Shown: piece by piece, positions 51,487 through 59,613 of the stretch
Layout: every line of letters starts with the position of its first letter
Position numbering within the stretch: the first letter of the stretch is position 1
Origin: Gemmatimonadales bacterium
GTDB lineage: Bacteria; Gemmatimonadota; Gemmatimonadetes; Gemmatimonadales; GWC2-71-9
Assembly: GCA_041613315.1 (NCBI GenBank)
Contig: JBFJHJ010000011.1
Coordinates: 1-64,000 of the forward strand
Direction: 5' to 3'
DNA: 64,000 bases
Translations under genes and position numbers: made by a program
Notes under the pieces: model-generated
Databases searched by the model: none
What the model was told of the DNA's origin: nothing
The model's input: only the letters and a program-made list of their open reading frames with translations

Positions 51487-52004
51487 TGGGCGGGCAGGCG
51501 GACCGGCGGTCAGACGGTCGGGGGAACGCGCCCCCTCACGACGACAAGACTGCCAGGCCGCCCGACCGCGCGACCGTCGTCCCGCCCGAGGGCCGGCTGC
51601 TTGGGGTCGACCACGGCGAGAAACGCATCGGCCTGGCGCTCTCCGATCCCTCTCAGGTCATCGCGCAACCGCTCGCTACCCTCACGCGGCGTGCCGGCCG
51701 CCGCTTCCCGATGCAGACCCTCCGCCGCCATCTCGACGCCCATCATCCCGTGGGGATCGTCATGGGGCTCCCCCGCGCGCCTGATGGCTCCGAGGATGAC
51801 CGGGCCGCGGCCGCGCGCGCCGTCGGCCGGCTGATCGGCGACAAGACCGGGCTGCCGGTCGCGTACTGGGACGAACGCATGAGCACCGCGCGCGCCCTCC
51901 GGGCGGTTAAGGACTTGGGCGGGGGGTTGCGGGGCCGCAAGGGCGACGTGGACCAGCTCGCCGCCACCGTGCTGCTCCAGAACTACCTCGACAGTCGCCG
52001 ATGA
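51483..52004 (+). CDS. ruvX: YqgF/RuvX RNase H-fold nuclease with repeat-encoded N-terminal extension
   Basis: [31 protein letters not shown]. Confidence 0.9.
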   Translation: MMGGQADRRSDGRGNAPPHDDKTARPPDRATVVPPEGRLLGVDHGEKRIGLALSDPSQVIAQPLATLTRRAGRRFPMQTLRRHLDAHHPVGIVMGLPRAPDGSEDDRAAAARAVGRLIGDKTGLPVAYWDERMSTARALRAVKDLGGGLRGRKGDVDQLAATVLLQNYLDSRR

Positions 52005-52978
52005 GCCGGCGGCGATGGCTGCTGGCAACGACGCTTGCGGTGCTGGGGTGCGGCTTCCCGCAATCGGCCGGCGACACCGTACGCGTGACCATCCCCCGGG
52101 GCGCGACCCTCGCGGCGGTGGCGGAGTCGCTGCACGCCGCGGCTGTGATCCGATCGCAGAGCCTGTTTCGCTTCTACGCCCGGCTCGGCGGACGCGCCCG
52201 CACGGTGCAAGCCGGCACCTATGAGCTGCCCCGGGGCGCGCGCCAGCGCCGGCTGCTGGAGCTCCTGCAGACCGGTCGGCCCGCAGCCAAGCGGCTGGTG
52301 TTACCGGAAGGGCTCATGCTCACGGAGATCGCCGACCAGGTGGAGCGCCAGCTCGGGATCCCCCGCGACAGCGTCCTCGCCGCCGCCCGCGACTCCGCGC
52401 TGCGCGCCCGATTCGATGTGCCGGCGGCATCGCTGGAAGGCTATCTCTATCCCAGCACGTACCTCGTCCGGGCGGACGCGCGCGCGCGGGACGTGGTGCG
52501 ACAGATGGCGGAAGAGTTCGCGGCCCGGTGGCGGCCCGCGTGGGACGCCCGGCGGGACAGCCTCGGTCTCACACGGCACGAACTGGTCACGCTCGCCTCG
52601 ATCATCGAGGGGGAAGTGCGCGTGGCCCGCGACCGGCGCTTCGTCTCATCGGTATACCACAATCGGCTGCGCCGTGGCATGCGTCTCCAGGCTGACCCCA
52701 CTGTGATCTACGCACTGGGACGCCGGCGCCGGCTCTTCGAGAAGGATTACCAGACGCGGTCGCCGTATAACACCTACCTCATCAACGGCCTGCCCCCAGG
52801 GCCGATCGGGAGCCCCTCGGCGGCGAGCATCGACGCCGCGCTCTCCCCCGCCCGGACCGATTTCCTGTATTTCGTCGCGCGCCCCGACGGGCAGCATGTC
52901 TTCTCCCGAACCCTGCAGGAGCATCTGGAGACCATCCGGGACGTGCGGCGCCTGGAGCGCGAACTGGGCGTGCGCTAG
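52001..52978 (+). CDS. mltG: Endolytic transglycosylase MltG
   Basis: LEGYLYPSTY, LASIIEGE, LQADPTVIY, SPYNTY, GLPPGPI. Confidence 0.95.
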   Translation: MSRRRWLLATTLAVLGCGFPQSAGDTVRVTIPRGATLAAVAESLHAAAVIRSQSLFRFYARLGGRARTVQAGTYELPRGARQRRLLELLQTGRPAAKRLVLPEGLMLTEIADQVERQLGIPRDSVLAAARDSALRARFDVPAASLEGYLYPSTYLVRADARARDVVRQMAEEFAARWRPAWDARRDSLGLTRHELVTLASIIEGEVRVARDRRFVSSVYHNRLRRGMRLQADPTVIYALGRRRRLFEKDYQTRSPYNTYLINGLPPGPIGSPSAASIDAALSPARTDFLYFVARPDGQHVFSRTLQEHLETIRDVRRLERELGVR

Positions 52979-53610
52979 CCGGCCGGCGCCCGGTCGGCCA
53001 CGTCGCGTACGGCCCGCGCCGCCCGTTCGACGTCGCCGGTGCCGAACACGGCCGCGCTCACCGCGACCCCGAGCGCCCCCGCCGCCAGGATCTCGCCCGC
53101 GTTCAGGGCCGTGATCCCGCCGATCGCGATCAATGGCATACCCGGCGGTGCCAGCGCCGCGAGCGCGCGGAACCCGGCGGGACCGATCGGTGCACCGGCG
53201 TCCGGCTTCGTGGTGGTGGCGTAAACCGACCCGATGCTCCAATAATCCACGTCCGCGCGGGCGGCGTCGTCCGCCTCCGCCGGCGAGCCGGCGGAGACCC
53301 CGATCCGGAAGGGCCGCGGAGCGAAGGCGCGCACCGCCCGAGGGGGTACGTCGCTGGCGCCGAGATGCACGCCGGCGGCACCGGCGGCGAGGGCCACGTC
53401 TGCCCGGTCATTGACGAACACGGGCACGGGCAGCCCACGGACCAGAGCCTCCGCGAGCCGGAAGAGCTTTCGGGCGGGCGCACCTTTCCAGCGGAGTTGC
53501 ACGGCGGTGACACCGCCGGCCACGGCGCGGCGGCAGGCCTCCAGAAGGTGACCGGGATCGACGAGGGGCGGGCCGGCGATCGCGAGGAGCCGGAGGTCAG
53601 ACACGGGCAT
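52975..53610 (-). CDS. thiE: Thiamine phosphate synthase
   Basis: VQLRWK, VNDRADVA, GVHLG, YATTTKPD, AIGGI. Confidence 0.92.
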   Translation of the reverse strand: MPVSDLRLLAIAGPPLVDPGHLLEACRRAVAGGVTAVQLRWKGAPARKLFRLAEALVRGLPVPVFVNDRADVALAAGAAGVHLGASDVPPRAVRAFAPRPFRIGVSAGSPAEADDAARADVDYWSIGSVYATTTKPDAGAPIGPAGFRALAALAPPGMPLIAIGGITALNAGEILAAGALGVAVSAAVFGTGDVERAARAVRDVADRAPAG

Positions 53611-53621
53611 CGGAGAGGCGT

Positions 53622-53978
53622 ATGGCGGTACGCGGCATACGGGGCGCCACGGTCGTGGCGGACGACACCCCGGAAGCAGTGCGCGCAGCGACGCGGGAGC
53701 TCCTCACGCAGCTGGCGGACGCGAATGAGGTGGCGGCAGAGGCGATTGCGAGCATCATCTTCACGGTGACTCCCGACATCACGAGCGAATACCCGGCGCG
53801 GGCCGCGCGCGAGCTCGGCTGGACCCATGTGGCGCTGCTCGGCGCGACCGAGATGGCCGTACCCGGCGGCCTCCCGCGCTGCATCCGGGTGCTCATGCAC
53901 GTGAACACCGACCACCCCGCCGCGGCGCTGAAACATATCTATCTCCACGAGGCCCGCACGCTCCGACCGGACCGATGA
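53622..53978 (+). CDS. aroH: AroH-type chorismate mutase
   Basis: VRGIRGAT, FTVTPD, PARAAR, CIRVL, LRPD. Confidence 0.93.
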   Translation: MAVRGIRGATVVADDTPEAVRAATRELLTQLADANEVAAEAIASIIFTVTPDITSEYPARAARELGWTHVALLGATEMAVPGGLPRCIRVLMHVNTDHPAAALKHIYLHEARTLRPDR

Positions 53979-55138
53979 GGGCAACGGTCAGGGTGTCCGC
54001 CCGTGGGACGGCGCGGTGGCGGCTCGGGCACCCGTGGATCTACCGCTCGGACGTCGACGATGCCGCCTACCCGCCCGGCATCGTGCGCGTGATGGATCGG
54101 CGCGGGCGCTATCGCGGACAAGCGCTCTGGAGCCCGAGATCGGAGATCCGGCTGCGGCTCCTCACCGGGGCGGACGCTTCCGTGGACGGCGCCTGGTGGC
54201 GCGGCGCGCTTCGCGCGGCAGGGGCACGCCGGGCCGACCTCGCACCAGATGCCACCGCGTTCCGCCTCGTGCACGCCGAGGCCGACGGCCTCCCATCGCT
54301 CGTGGTGGACCGCTACAGCGACTACCTCGTCGCCCAGCTGCTCTCCGCCGGGCTCGAGGCCGAGCGCGACACGGTGGTCGCCGCGCTGCTCGAGAGCTTC
54401 GAGTCGAAGGGGCTGCTGCTCCGCCACGACGTGTCCGTCCGGCGGCACGAAGGGCTGCCCATGGAGATCGTGGACGCGGCGGGCACGGTGCCGGACCTCG
54501 TGGAGGTGCGGGAAGGTCCCGTGCGGTACCTCGCCGCGCTCCGCACCGGGCAGAAGACCGGCGCGTTCTTGGATCAGCGGGAGAACCGGTTGCTGGCCGG
54601 GCGCCTCGCAAACGGCCGCGCGCTGGACCTGTTCTGCTATCAGGGGTTGTTCGCGCTCCATCTGGCACGGGGCGGCGCCGATCACGTGCGCGCCGTCGAT
54701 GCGAGCGCGCCTGCCCTCGCGCTCGCCGCGCGGAACGCCGAGCTGAATGGCCTCACGAACGTGGAGTGGATCGAGGGGAATGCTTTCGATCTATTGCGCG
54801 CGTGGGCGCGAACCACCGAGCGATTCGACGTGGTCGTGGTGGATCCGCCGGCGTTCGTCAAGCGGAAAGACGCCCTGGCGCGCGGGCTCGCCGGCTACAA
54901 GGAGATCAACCTCAGGGCGATGCAGCTCCTGGCGCCCGGGGGCCGGCTTCTCACGTGCTCGTGCTCATTCCACGTGGACCGCAGCCGATTTCTCGGCATG
55001 CTGGCCGACGCGGCCGCCGACAGCGGGCGGCGGCTCGTGCTGGAGCGGGCCGTCGGCCAAAGCGCCGACCACCCCGAGGTGCTGACGATTCCGGAGACCG
55101 GCTACTTGAAGGGGGCGCTGCTGCGGGCGCTCGACTGA
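53975..55138 (+). CDS. rlmI: RlmI-family 23S rRNA m5C methyltransferase
   Basis: GHPWIY PUA domain, GQKTGAFLDQRENR, DPPAF, TCSCS, YLKG. Confidence 0.88.
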   Translation: MRATVRVSARGTARWRLGHPWIYRSDVDDAAYPPGIVRVMDRRGRYRGQALWSPRSEIRLRLLTGADASVDGAWWRGALRAAGARRADLAPDATAFRLVHAEADGLPSLVVDRYSDYLVAQLLSAGLEAERDTVVAALLESFESKGLLLRHDVSVRRHEGLPMEIVDAAGTVPDLVEVREGPVRYLAALRTGQKTGAFLDQRENRLLAGRLANGRALDLFCYQGLFALHLARGGADHVRAVDASAPALALAARNAELNGLTNVEWIEGNAFDLLRAWARTTERFDVVVVDPPAFVKRKDALARGLAGYKEINLRAMQLLAPGGRLLTCSCSFHVDRSRFLGMLADAAADSGRRLVLERAVGQSADHPEVLTIPETGYLKGALLRALD

Positions 55139-55188
55139 CCGCGCACCGCGACAACTGAAGGAGGGATCACGGATGCCGGGTGGGTCGA

Positions 55189-55848
55189 TCAGTCCTGTCT
55201 GCCCTCGGCCTGTTCGGTCTGCTCGCGTCGCCACAGGACGTACGACTGCACCACCGGCACCAGCACGGCCACGGCGATGACGACGAGGACGGCAGTGACC
55301 GACACGCGGCTGGACCAGAACCCCAGGGCGGCCGTCGCGGCGCCCGCGCCAACGAACAGCCACCCACCCGCGCGGTGCGTCTTCCGCCAGACGCGGTCAC
55401 TCGAGAGCGTCCACGGCGTGCGGATGCCGACGAACCAGTTGGGTTCGACCCGGGTCAGGTAGTTCCCCAACAGCACGAGCAGGAGCCCGACCCCCAGCGG
55501 CACCACCCGGTTGACGCGCACGTCATACCCCAGTCCGACGGCGAGCAACATGCCGTGGATGCCCGCAAAGAAGAGGACGACCCCGTTGATCAGCAGCCAG
55601 TAGGTGTCCCGGAACTTCTCGTAGTTGCGCCCCTTGGGATCGATCTTCGGCACGACGGCCATCAGGGCCACAAAGGCCGCGATCACGAGGGGCACGATGC
55701 TGACCGCGAGGAGTCTGGGTCCGTGTCCGTCGATCTCGCCGCGCACGTTCCAATGGACCGGCATGCGGTCCGGCAGGTGCGGATAGGCGAGTACCGAGGC
55801 AGCGACCGCGATCGCCGCCACGACCGGGCCGAGCCACGGGCTACGCAT
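55189..55848 (-). CDS. sdpI: SdpI-family membrane immunity protein (DUF1648 + SdpI)
   Basis: LPDRMPVHWN..GEIDG; NWFVGIRTPWTL...VWRKTHR. Confidence 0.88.
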   Translation of the reverse strand: MRSPWLGPVVAAIAVAASVLAYPHLPDRMPVHWNVRGEIDGHGPRLLAVSIVPLVIAAFVALMAVVPKIDPKGRNYEKFRDTYWLLINGVVLFFAGIHGMLLAVGLGYDVRVNRVVPLGVGLLLVLLGNYLTRVEPNWFVGIRTPWTLSSDRVWRKTHRAGGWLFVGAGAATAALGFWSSRVSVTAVLVVIAVAVLVPVVQSYVLWRREQTEQAEGRQD

Positions 55849-56113
55849 CCGTCCCTCCCGCGAACACGTTCATCAAGTATTTCACGGTCTCCTGGAACAC
55901 CGTCGTGTTGAGCCGGTAGCGCACATGTTGGCCCTCGCGCTCCGCCGCCACCAGGCCGGCGTTCTTGAGGACGCCCAGATGATGCGACACCGACGCGAAC
56001 GCAATCGGAAACTCGTCGGCGATCTCCCCCGCCGTCCGGTCCCGTGTCGCCAGGAGCTCGAGGATCCGCCGGCGCGTGGGATCGGCCAAGGCCCGAAACA
56101 CCCCGTCTCTCAT
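55841..56113 (-). CDS. sdpR: ArsR-family repressor SdpR
   Basis: FRALADPTRRRIL, TAGEIA, SHHL..LK.AGLV, YRLNTTVFQE. Confidence 0.88.
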   Translation of the reverse strand: MRDGVFRALADPTRRRILELLATRDRTAGEIADEFPIAFASVSHHLGVLKNAGLVAAEREGQHVRYRLNTTVFQETVKYLMNVFAGGTDA

Positions 56114-56120
56114 GGATTAG

Positions 56121-56149
56121 ATGATTAGATAAGTATCTAAATAAGTCAA
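56121..56149 (-). promoter_or_regulatory. sdpR promoter with palindromic operator
   Basis: TTGACT-N17-AATCAT; TTAGATA-AG-TATCTAA palindrome at 56125-56140 in the spacer. Confidence 0.65.
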
Positions 56150-56229
56150 GCGGCACCTTCCCGCTCCGTCCCCAACCTCTGTTCCCCCATCCCGTTGACA
56201 GGCTTGCCGGCCCCGACGAACGTGCATCC

Positions 56230-57108
56230 ATGCCGCTCGCCCCGGCGCACGCACGCGACCGCACCACACAGATCCGTCGAGTCCTGATCGGCATCCTCCT
56301 CGCCAATCTCGGCGTCGTGGGGGCCAAGTTCGTCATCGGCTTCGGCACGGGCTCGCTCGGGGTGTTAGGGGACGCGGTGCACTCGTCGGTGGATGCGATG
56401 AACAACGTGCTCGGGCTCGCCGTGATGCGCGTGGCCGCCCGCGAGCCGGACGAGGATCATCCCTATGGTCACGGCAAGTTCGAGACGCTGGGCGCCCTCG
56501 CCATTGTGGTCTTTCTTTCCGTGAGCGGCTTCGAGCTGGTGAAAGGGGCCATCGGCCGGCTCCTCTCGGGCGCCGCCCCGCTCGAAATCAGCGGTATCGA
56601 GCTGGCGCTCCTGGCCGGGACCCTGGGGGTCAATATCGTGGTAACGGCGTTCGAGTCGCGCCGCGGCCGTGAGCTCGACAGCGAGATCCTCCTGGCCGAC
56701 GCGGCCCATACGCGCGCCGATGTGTTCATCACGCTCGGCGTGCTCACGGGTGTCCTGCTCTCTCGGCAAGGCTACGGCTGGGTGGACCCGATCGTGGCCC
56801 TGATCGTGGCCGTCGTGATCGTGATCCTCGCGTGGGGGATCGTCGCCCGTTCCGTGCCGGTCCTGGTCGACGAGCAGGCCGCGCCGTCCAACGAGATCCA
56901 GCTCGCCGCCGAGTCGGTGGCCGGTGTGATGACGGCCTACGACATCCGGTCCCGCGGCTCCCACGCCCGGCGGTTCGCCGAGATCACGATCGCCGTGGAC
57001 CGGAGTTCCAGCGTGGACGCGGCGCACCGCATTGCCGACGCGGTCGAGGCCCGGCTCCGCGAGCAGCTCGATTTCCACGAAGTCATTGTGCACATCGAGC
57101 CGTGCTGA
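56230..57108 (+). CDS. Cation diffusion facilitator (FieF-like)
   Basis: DAVHSSVD, HPYGHGKFE, DAAHTRAD, VHIEP. Confidence 0.93.
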   Translation: MPLAPAHARDRTTQIRRVLIGILLANLGVVGAKFVIGFGTGSLGVLGDAVHSSVDAMNNVLGLAVMRVAAREPDEDHPYGHGKFETLGALAIVVFLSVSGFELVKGAIGRLLSGAAPLEISGIELALLAGTLGVNIVVTAFESRRGRELDSEILLADAAHTRADVFITLGVLTGVLLSRQGYGWVDPIVALIVAVVIVILAWGIVARSVPVLVDEQAAPSNEIQLAAESVAGVMTAYDIRSRGSHARRFAEITIAVDRSSSVDAAHRIADAVEARLREQLDFHEVIVHIEPC

Positions 57109-57911
57109 CCGAGCGCCGACCCACGCGTGCGCCGCCGAGGCGGCCGCAGCAGTCGCTGCGCCAGGAGTACGAAGAATTCATCCTCCAGCGCATCGAGGAA
57201 TTCAAGGAGCAAATCACCCGCACCGAGCTGTTGACGATCGCCGACGACGCGGTGCGGGAGCTGGAGGCGGGTGCCGAGGACCAGCTCGTGCTCACGGAGG
57301 TGCTCGTGCTGGAGCACGTGGACCGGCTCATCATGCGCCGGCTCAACCTCCCGACCTACCGGCGCTGGCGCGACCGGCATCTCAGGCTGCGGCGCGCCCA
57401 ACGCCAGCCCACGCACTGGGGGCTCGAGCCCGATGCACCGCTCGTGGCGCTCGCCGGTGCGCCCGACTGCGAGCGCGTGGCGCTGGTCGCCGGCGCGGGC
57501 GCGGCGCCGGCGGCGCTCTTCCTCGCGGCGTACGACTGGCCCGTGCTGTTCATCGACGGCACGCTCGGCACCGTCGAGGCGATGGAGACGCGCGCCGCTG
57601 CTGAAGCGCTCGCCGGACACTTCCAGGCTCTCGTGGTGCGCTTCGGTGATTGGTTCCCCGATGTCGCCCCCGCGCTCACCGTGCTGGACACGATGACGCT
57701 GGACCGCCTGCCCGGCCGGCGGCGCGCCCGGTTCCTCGGCACGCTCCGGGATCGGACCCCGCCCGGAGGCGCGCATTGCTTCCTCCCACCGCCGGAGGCG
57801 GACGGCGCCCCGCAGGCCGTGGCGGCGCTCCCTTCGGAGTACGCCGGCTGGCGGCTCGAGCGGACACGCGGCGACGGCCGCCCGCCCTGGATCGTGACGG
57901 TCAAACCGTAG
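57102..57911 (+). CDS. Hypothetical protein with degenerate class I SAM-methyltransferase-like C-terminus
   Basis: GTG overlaps CDF stop; helical N-terminus; LVAGAGAAPAALFLAAYDWPVLFID. Confidence 0.6.
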   Translation: MLTERRPTRAPPRRPQQSLRQEYEEFILQRIEEFKEQITRTELLTIADDAVRELEAGAEDQLVLTEVLVLEHVDRLIMRRLNLPTYRRWRDRHLRLRRAQRQPTHWGLEPDAPLVALAGAPDCERVALVAGAGAAPAALFLAAYDWPVLFIDGTLGTVEAMETRAAAEALAGHFQALVVRFGDWFPDVAPALTVLDTMTLDRLPGRRRARFLGTLRDRTPPGGAHCFLPPPEADGAPQAVAALPSEYAGWRLERTRGDGRPPWIVTVKP

Positions 57912-57926
57912 TCGCCAAAACGTTGC

Positions 57927-57949
57927 GGGGCCGGCAGCGTGCCGGCCCC
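57927..57949. terminator. Hairpin terminator between convergent genes
   Basis: GGGGCCGGCA-GCG-TGCCGGCCCC 10-bp stem; TTTT follows on minus strand. Confidence 0.55.
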
Positions 57950-57985
57950 TGAGCAACATCGTGCGACGTATCGTCGCGACGGCCG

Positions 57986-58105
57986 CTATCTGCGTTTCCT
58001 CCGGCCCGCCGCCTTCTTCGTCGCTTTCTTGCGCGCCCGCCGCTTGGTCCGACGCTTCGCGGCGGTTTTCGCGGTCGCCCTGCGGGCTCTCCGACGTGCG
58101 GCCAT
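57986..58105 (-). CDS. 39-aa Arg/Lys-rich protamine/histone H1-like protein (absent from ORF track)
   Basis: GGAGG-N5-ATG; MAARRRARRATAKTAAKRRTKRRARKKATKKAAGRRKRR; downstream hairpin. Confidence 0.7.
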   Translation of the reverse strand: MAARRRARRATAKTAAKRRTKRRARKKATKKAAGRRKRR

Positions 58106-58253
58106 GAGATCCTCCGGGGTGAGTGGTGCAACCCGCCCATGGGGGACGGGTCAAGGTGCGAGCGGCGCCACACCGCCCGCGCGACAGCCTCCCCTCCGCT
58201 CCGCTGCACGCCCGCCGGCCGGCGCCCTCGCCGGCGGCGATCGCGCGCCGTCG

Positions 58254-59603
58254 TCAGACGGCGTCCGAGACGGACGTGAAATGGAAGTTGCGCACCACCA
58301 ACGGCGGCACCACGACCGCCGTCCCCAACCCACCGGATTCGGAAGCGACCACTCGCACGGGCCGTCCCAGGGCGACCACGTTGCGCAGCATCGCCGCAAT
58401 GCTCTCGTTGAACCGGAGGTTCTGCACCGCCCCGGTCACCTGGCCATTCTCAATGCGGAACGTCCCGTCGCGGGTGAGCCCGGTGAACTTGAGCGTGCGC
58501 GGGTCCACCCCGCGGATGTACCAGAAGCGGGTGACGAGCAAGCCGCGCTGAACCGTCGCGACCAGATCGTCCGTAGTCCCCTCGCCGCCTACCATCTTCA
58601 GCCCGCCGGCCAAGGGGACGGGCGCGCGGTTCTGGCGCTGAGCCCAGTACCGGCTGTACGCCAGCGTGCGGAGCACACCGCTGTCGATCCACATCGCGCG
58701 GCCGACCGGCACGCCTTCGTCAGTGAAGGGTTGTTCGAGCAGATCGGGATCGGCCGGGTCGGAGTAGATGGTCACCCGCCGGTCCGCCACCGTCTCCCCG
58801 ATACGATTGCCGCCGCCCGATTTCGCGAAGAACGACCGCCCCTCGTCGGCCTCGCGGGCGTCCAGCCCGACCCGCAGCAGTTGGAGGAGATTCCCGACGG
58901 CGGTGGCTTCGAGGACCACCGTCTCCGCCCCGGGCGTCGCCGTCCCGGCGCCCGCGCTCCGCCGCGCCTTGGCGATGGCGCGCGCCGCCAACTCGGCCGG
59001 CGGTGTGAGTCGCGCCCAGTCGTTGTGTGTGCTCCCGCTCCACCCCGACCCCTCACCGGGAGGCGTCCGCACGGTCGTCGTGAGGGACGCGGCGGTCGAA
59101 TGGTGGTACGCGAACAGGCCGGCGGAGTTGGCGACGGCGGAGGAGCCGGCCCGTCGTTCCAAGAAGCCGGTAGATACCAGGTCGGCCGCCGCCGCGGGTT
59201 CCATGATGCCGAGGACCGCGTCGGCCCGCTCGCCCGCGCCCAACTTTTCCGTGGACTCGAAGAACGCCGGCACCTCTTGATAGGTCTGGTCGGGGAGAAG
59301 CGGCATCTGCTCGGGGTCCTCGGGCGCCAGCTTGGCCAGCGTCTCGGCACGTTCGGCCGCCGCTTTGATACCCGGGTCGTCCAGCCTATTGAAGGCGACC
59401 GAGGCGCTCCGCCGCCCGAAGCGAACGGTGAGCGTGGCCCGCACGTCCACCGCATCGCCGGCGGTCGAGATCTCGTTGCGGGCGAATCGCGTGTACCCGG
59501 CTACCCCACCCTCGACGTTCACGAGCGCGCCCTCGGCACCGGTGGCGGCGAGGATGCGCGTGCAGAGCGCGCGGGCTTCGTCGCGGGTGAGAATATCCGC
59601 CAC
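58254..59603 (-). CDS. TldE/PmbA-family protein
   Basis: TRFARN, PFTDEGVP, GLLVTRFWY, TGLTRDG, NLRFNES; no HExxxH. Confidence 0.88.
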   Translation of the reverse strand: MADILTRDEARALCTRILAATGAEGALVNVEGGVAGYTRFARNEISTAGDAVDVRATLTVRFGRRSASVAFNRLDDPGIKAAAERAETLAKLAPEDPEQMPLLPDQTYQEVPAFFESTEKLGAGERADAVLGIMEPAAAADLVSTGFLERRAGSSAVANSAGLFAYHHSTAASLTTTVRTPPGEGSGWSGSTHNDWARLTPPAELAARAIAKARRSAGAGTATPGAETVVLEATAVGNLLQLLRVGLDAREADEGRSFFAKSGGGNRIGETVADRRVTIYSDPADPDLLEQPFTDEGVPVGRAMWIDSGVLRTLAYSRYWAQRQNRAPVPLAGGLKMVGGEGTTDDLVATVQRGLLVTRFWYIRGVDPRTLKFTGLTRDGTFRIENGQVTGAVQNLRFNESIAAMLRNVVALGRPVRVVASESGGLGTAVVVPPLVVRNFHFTSVSDAV

Positions 59604-59613
59604 GAGCGCCCGC

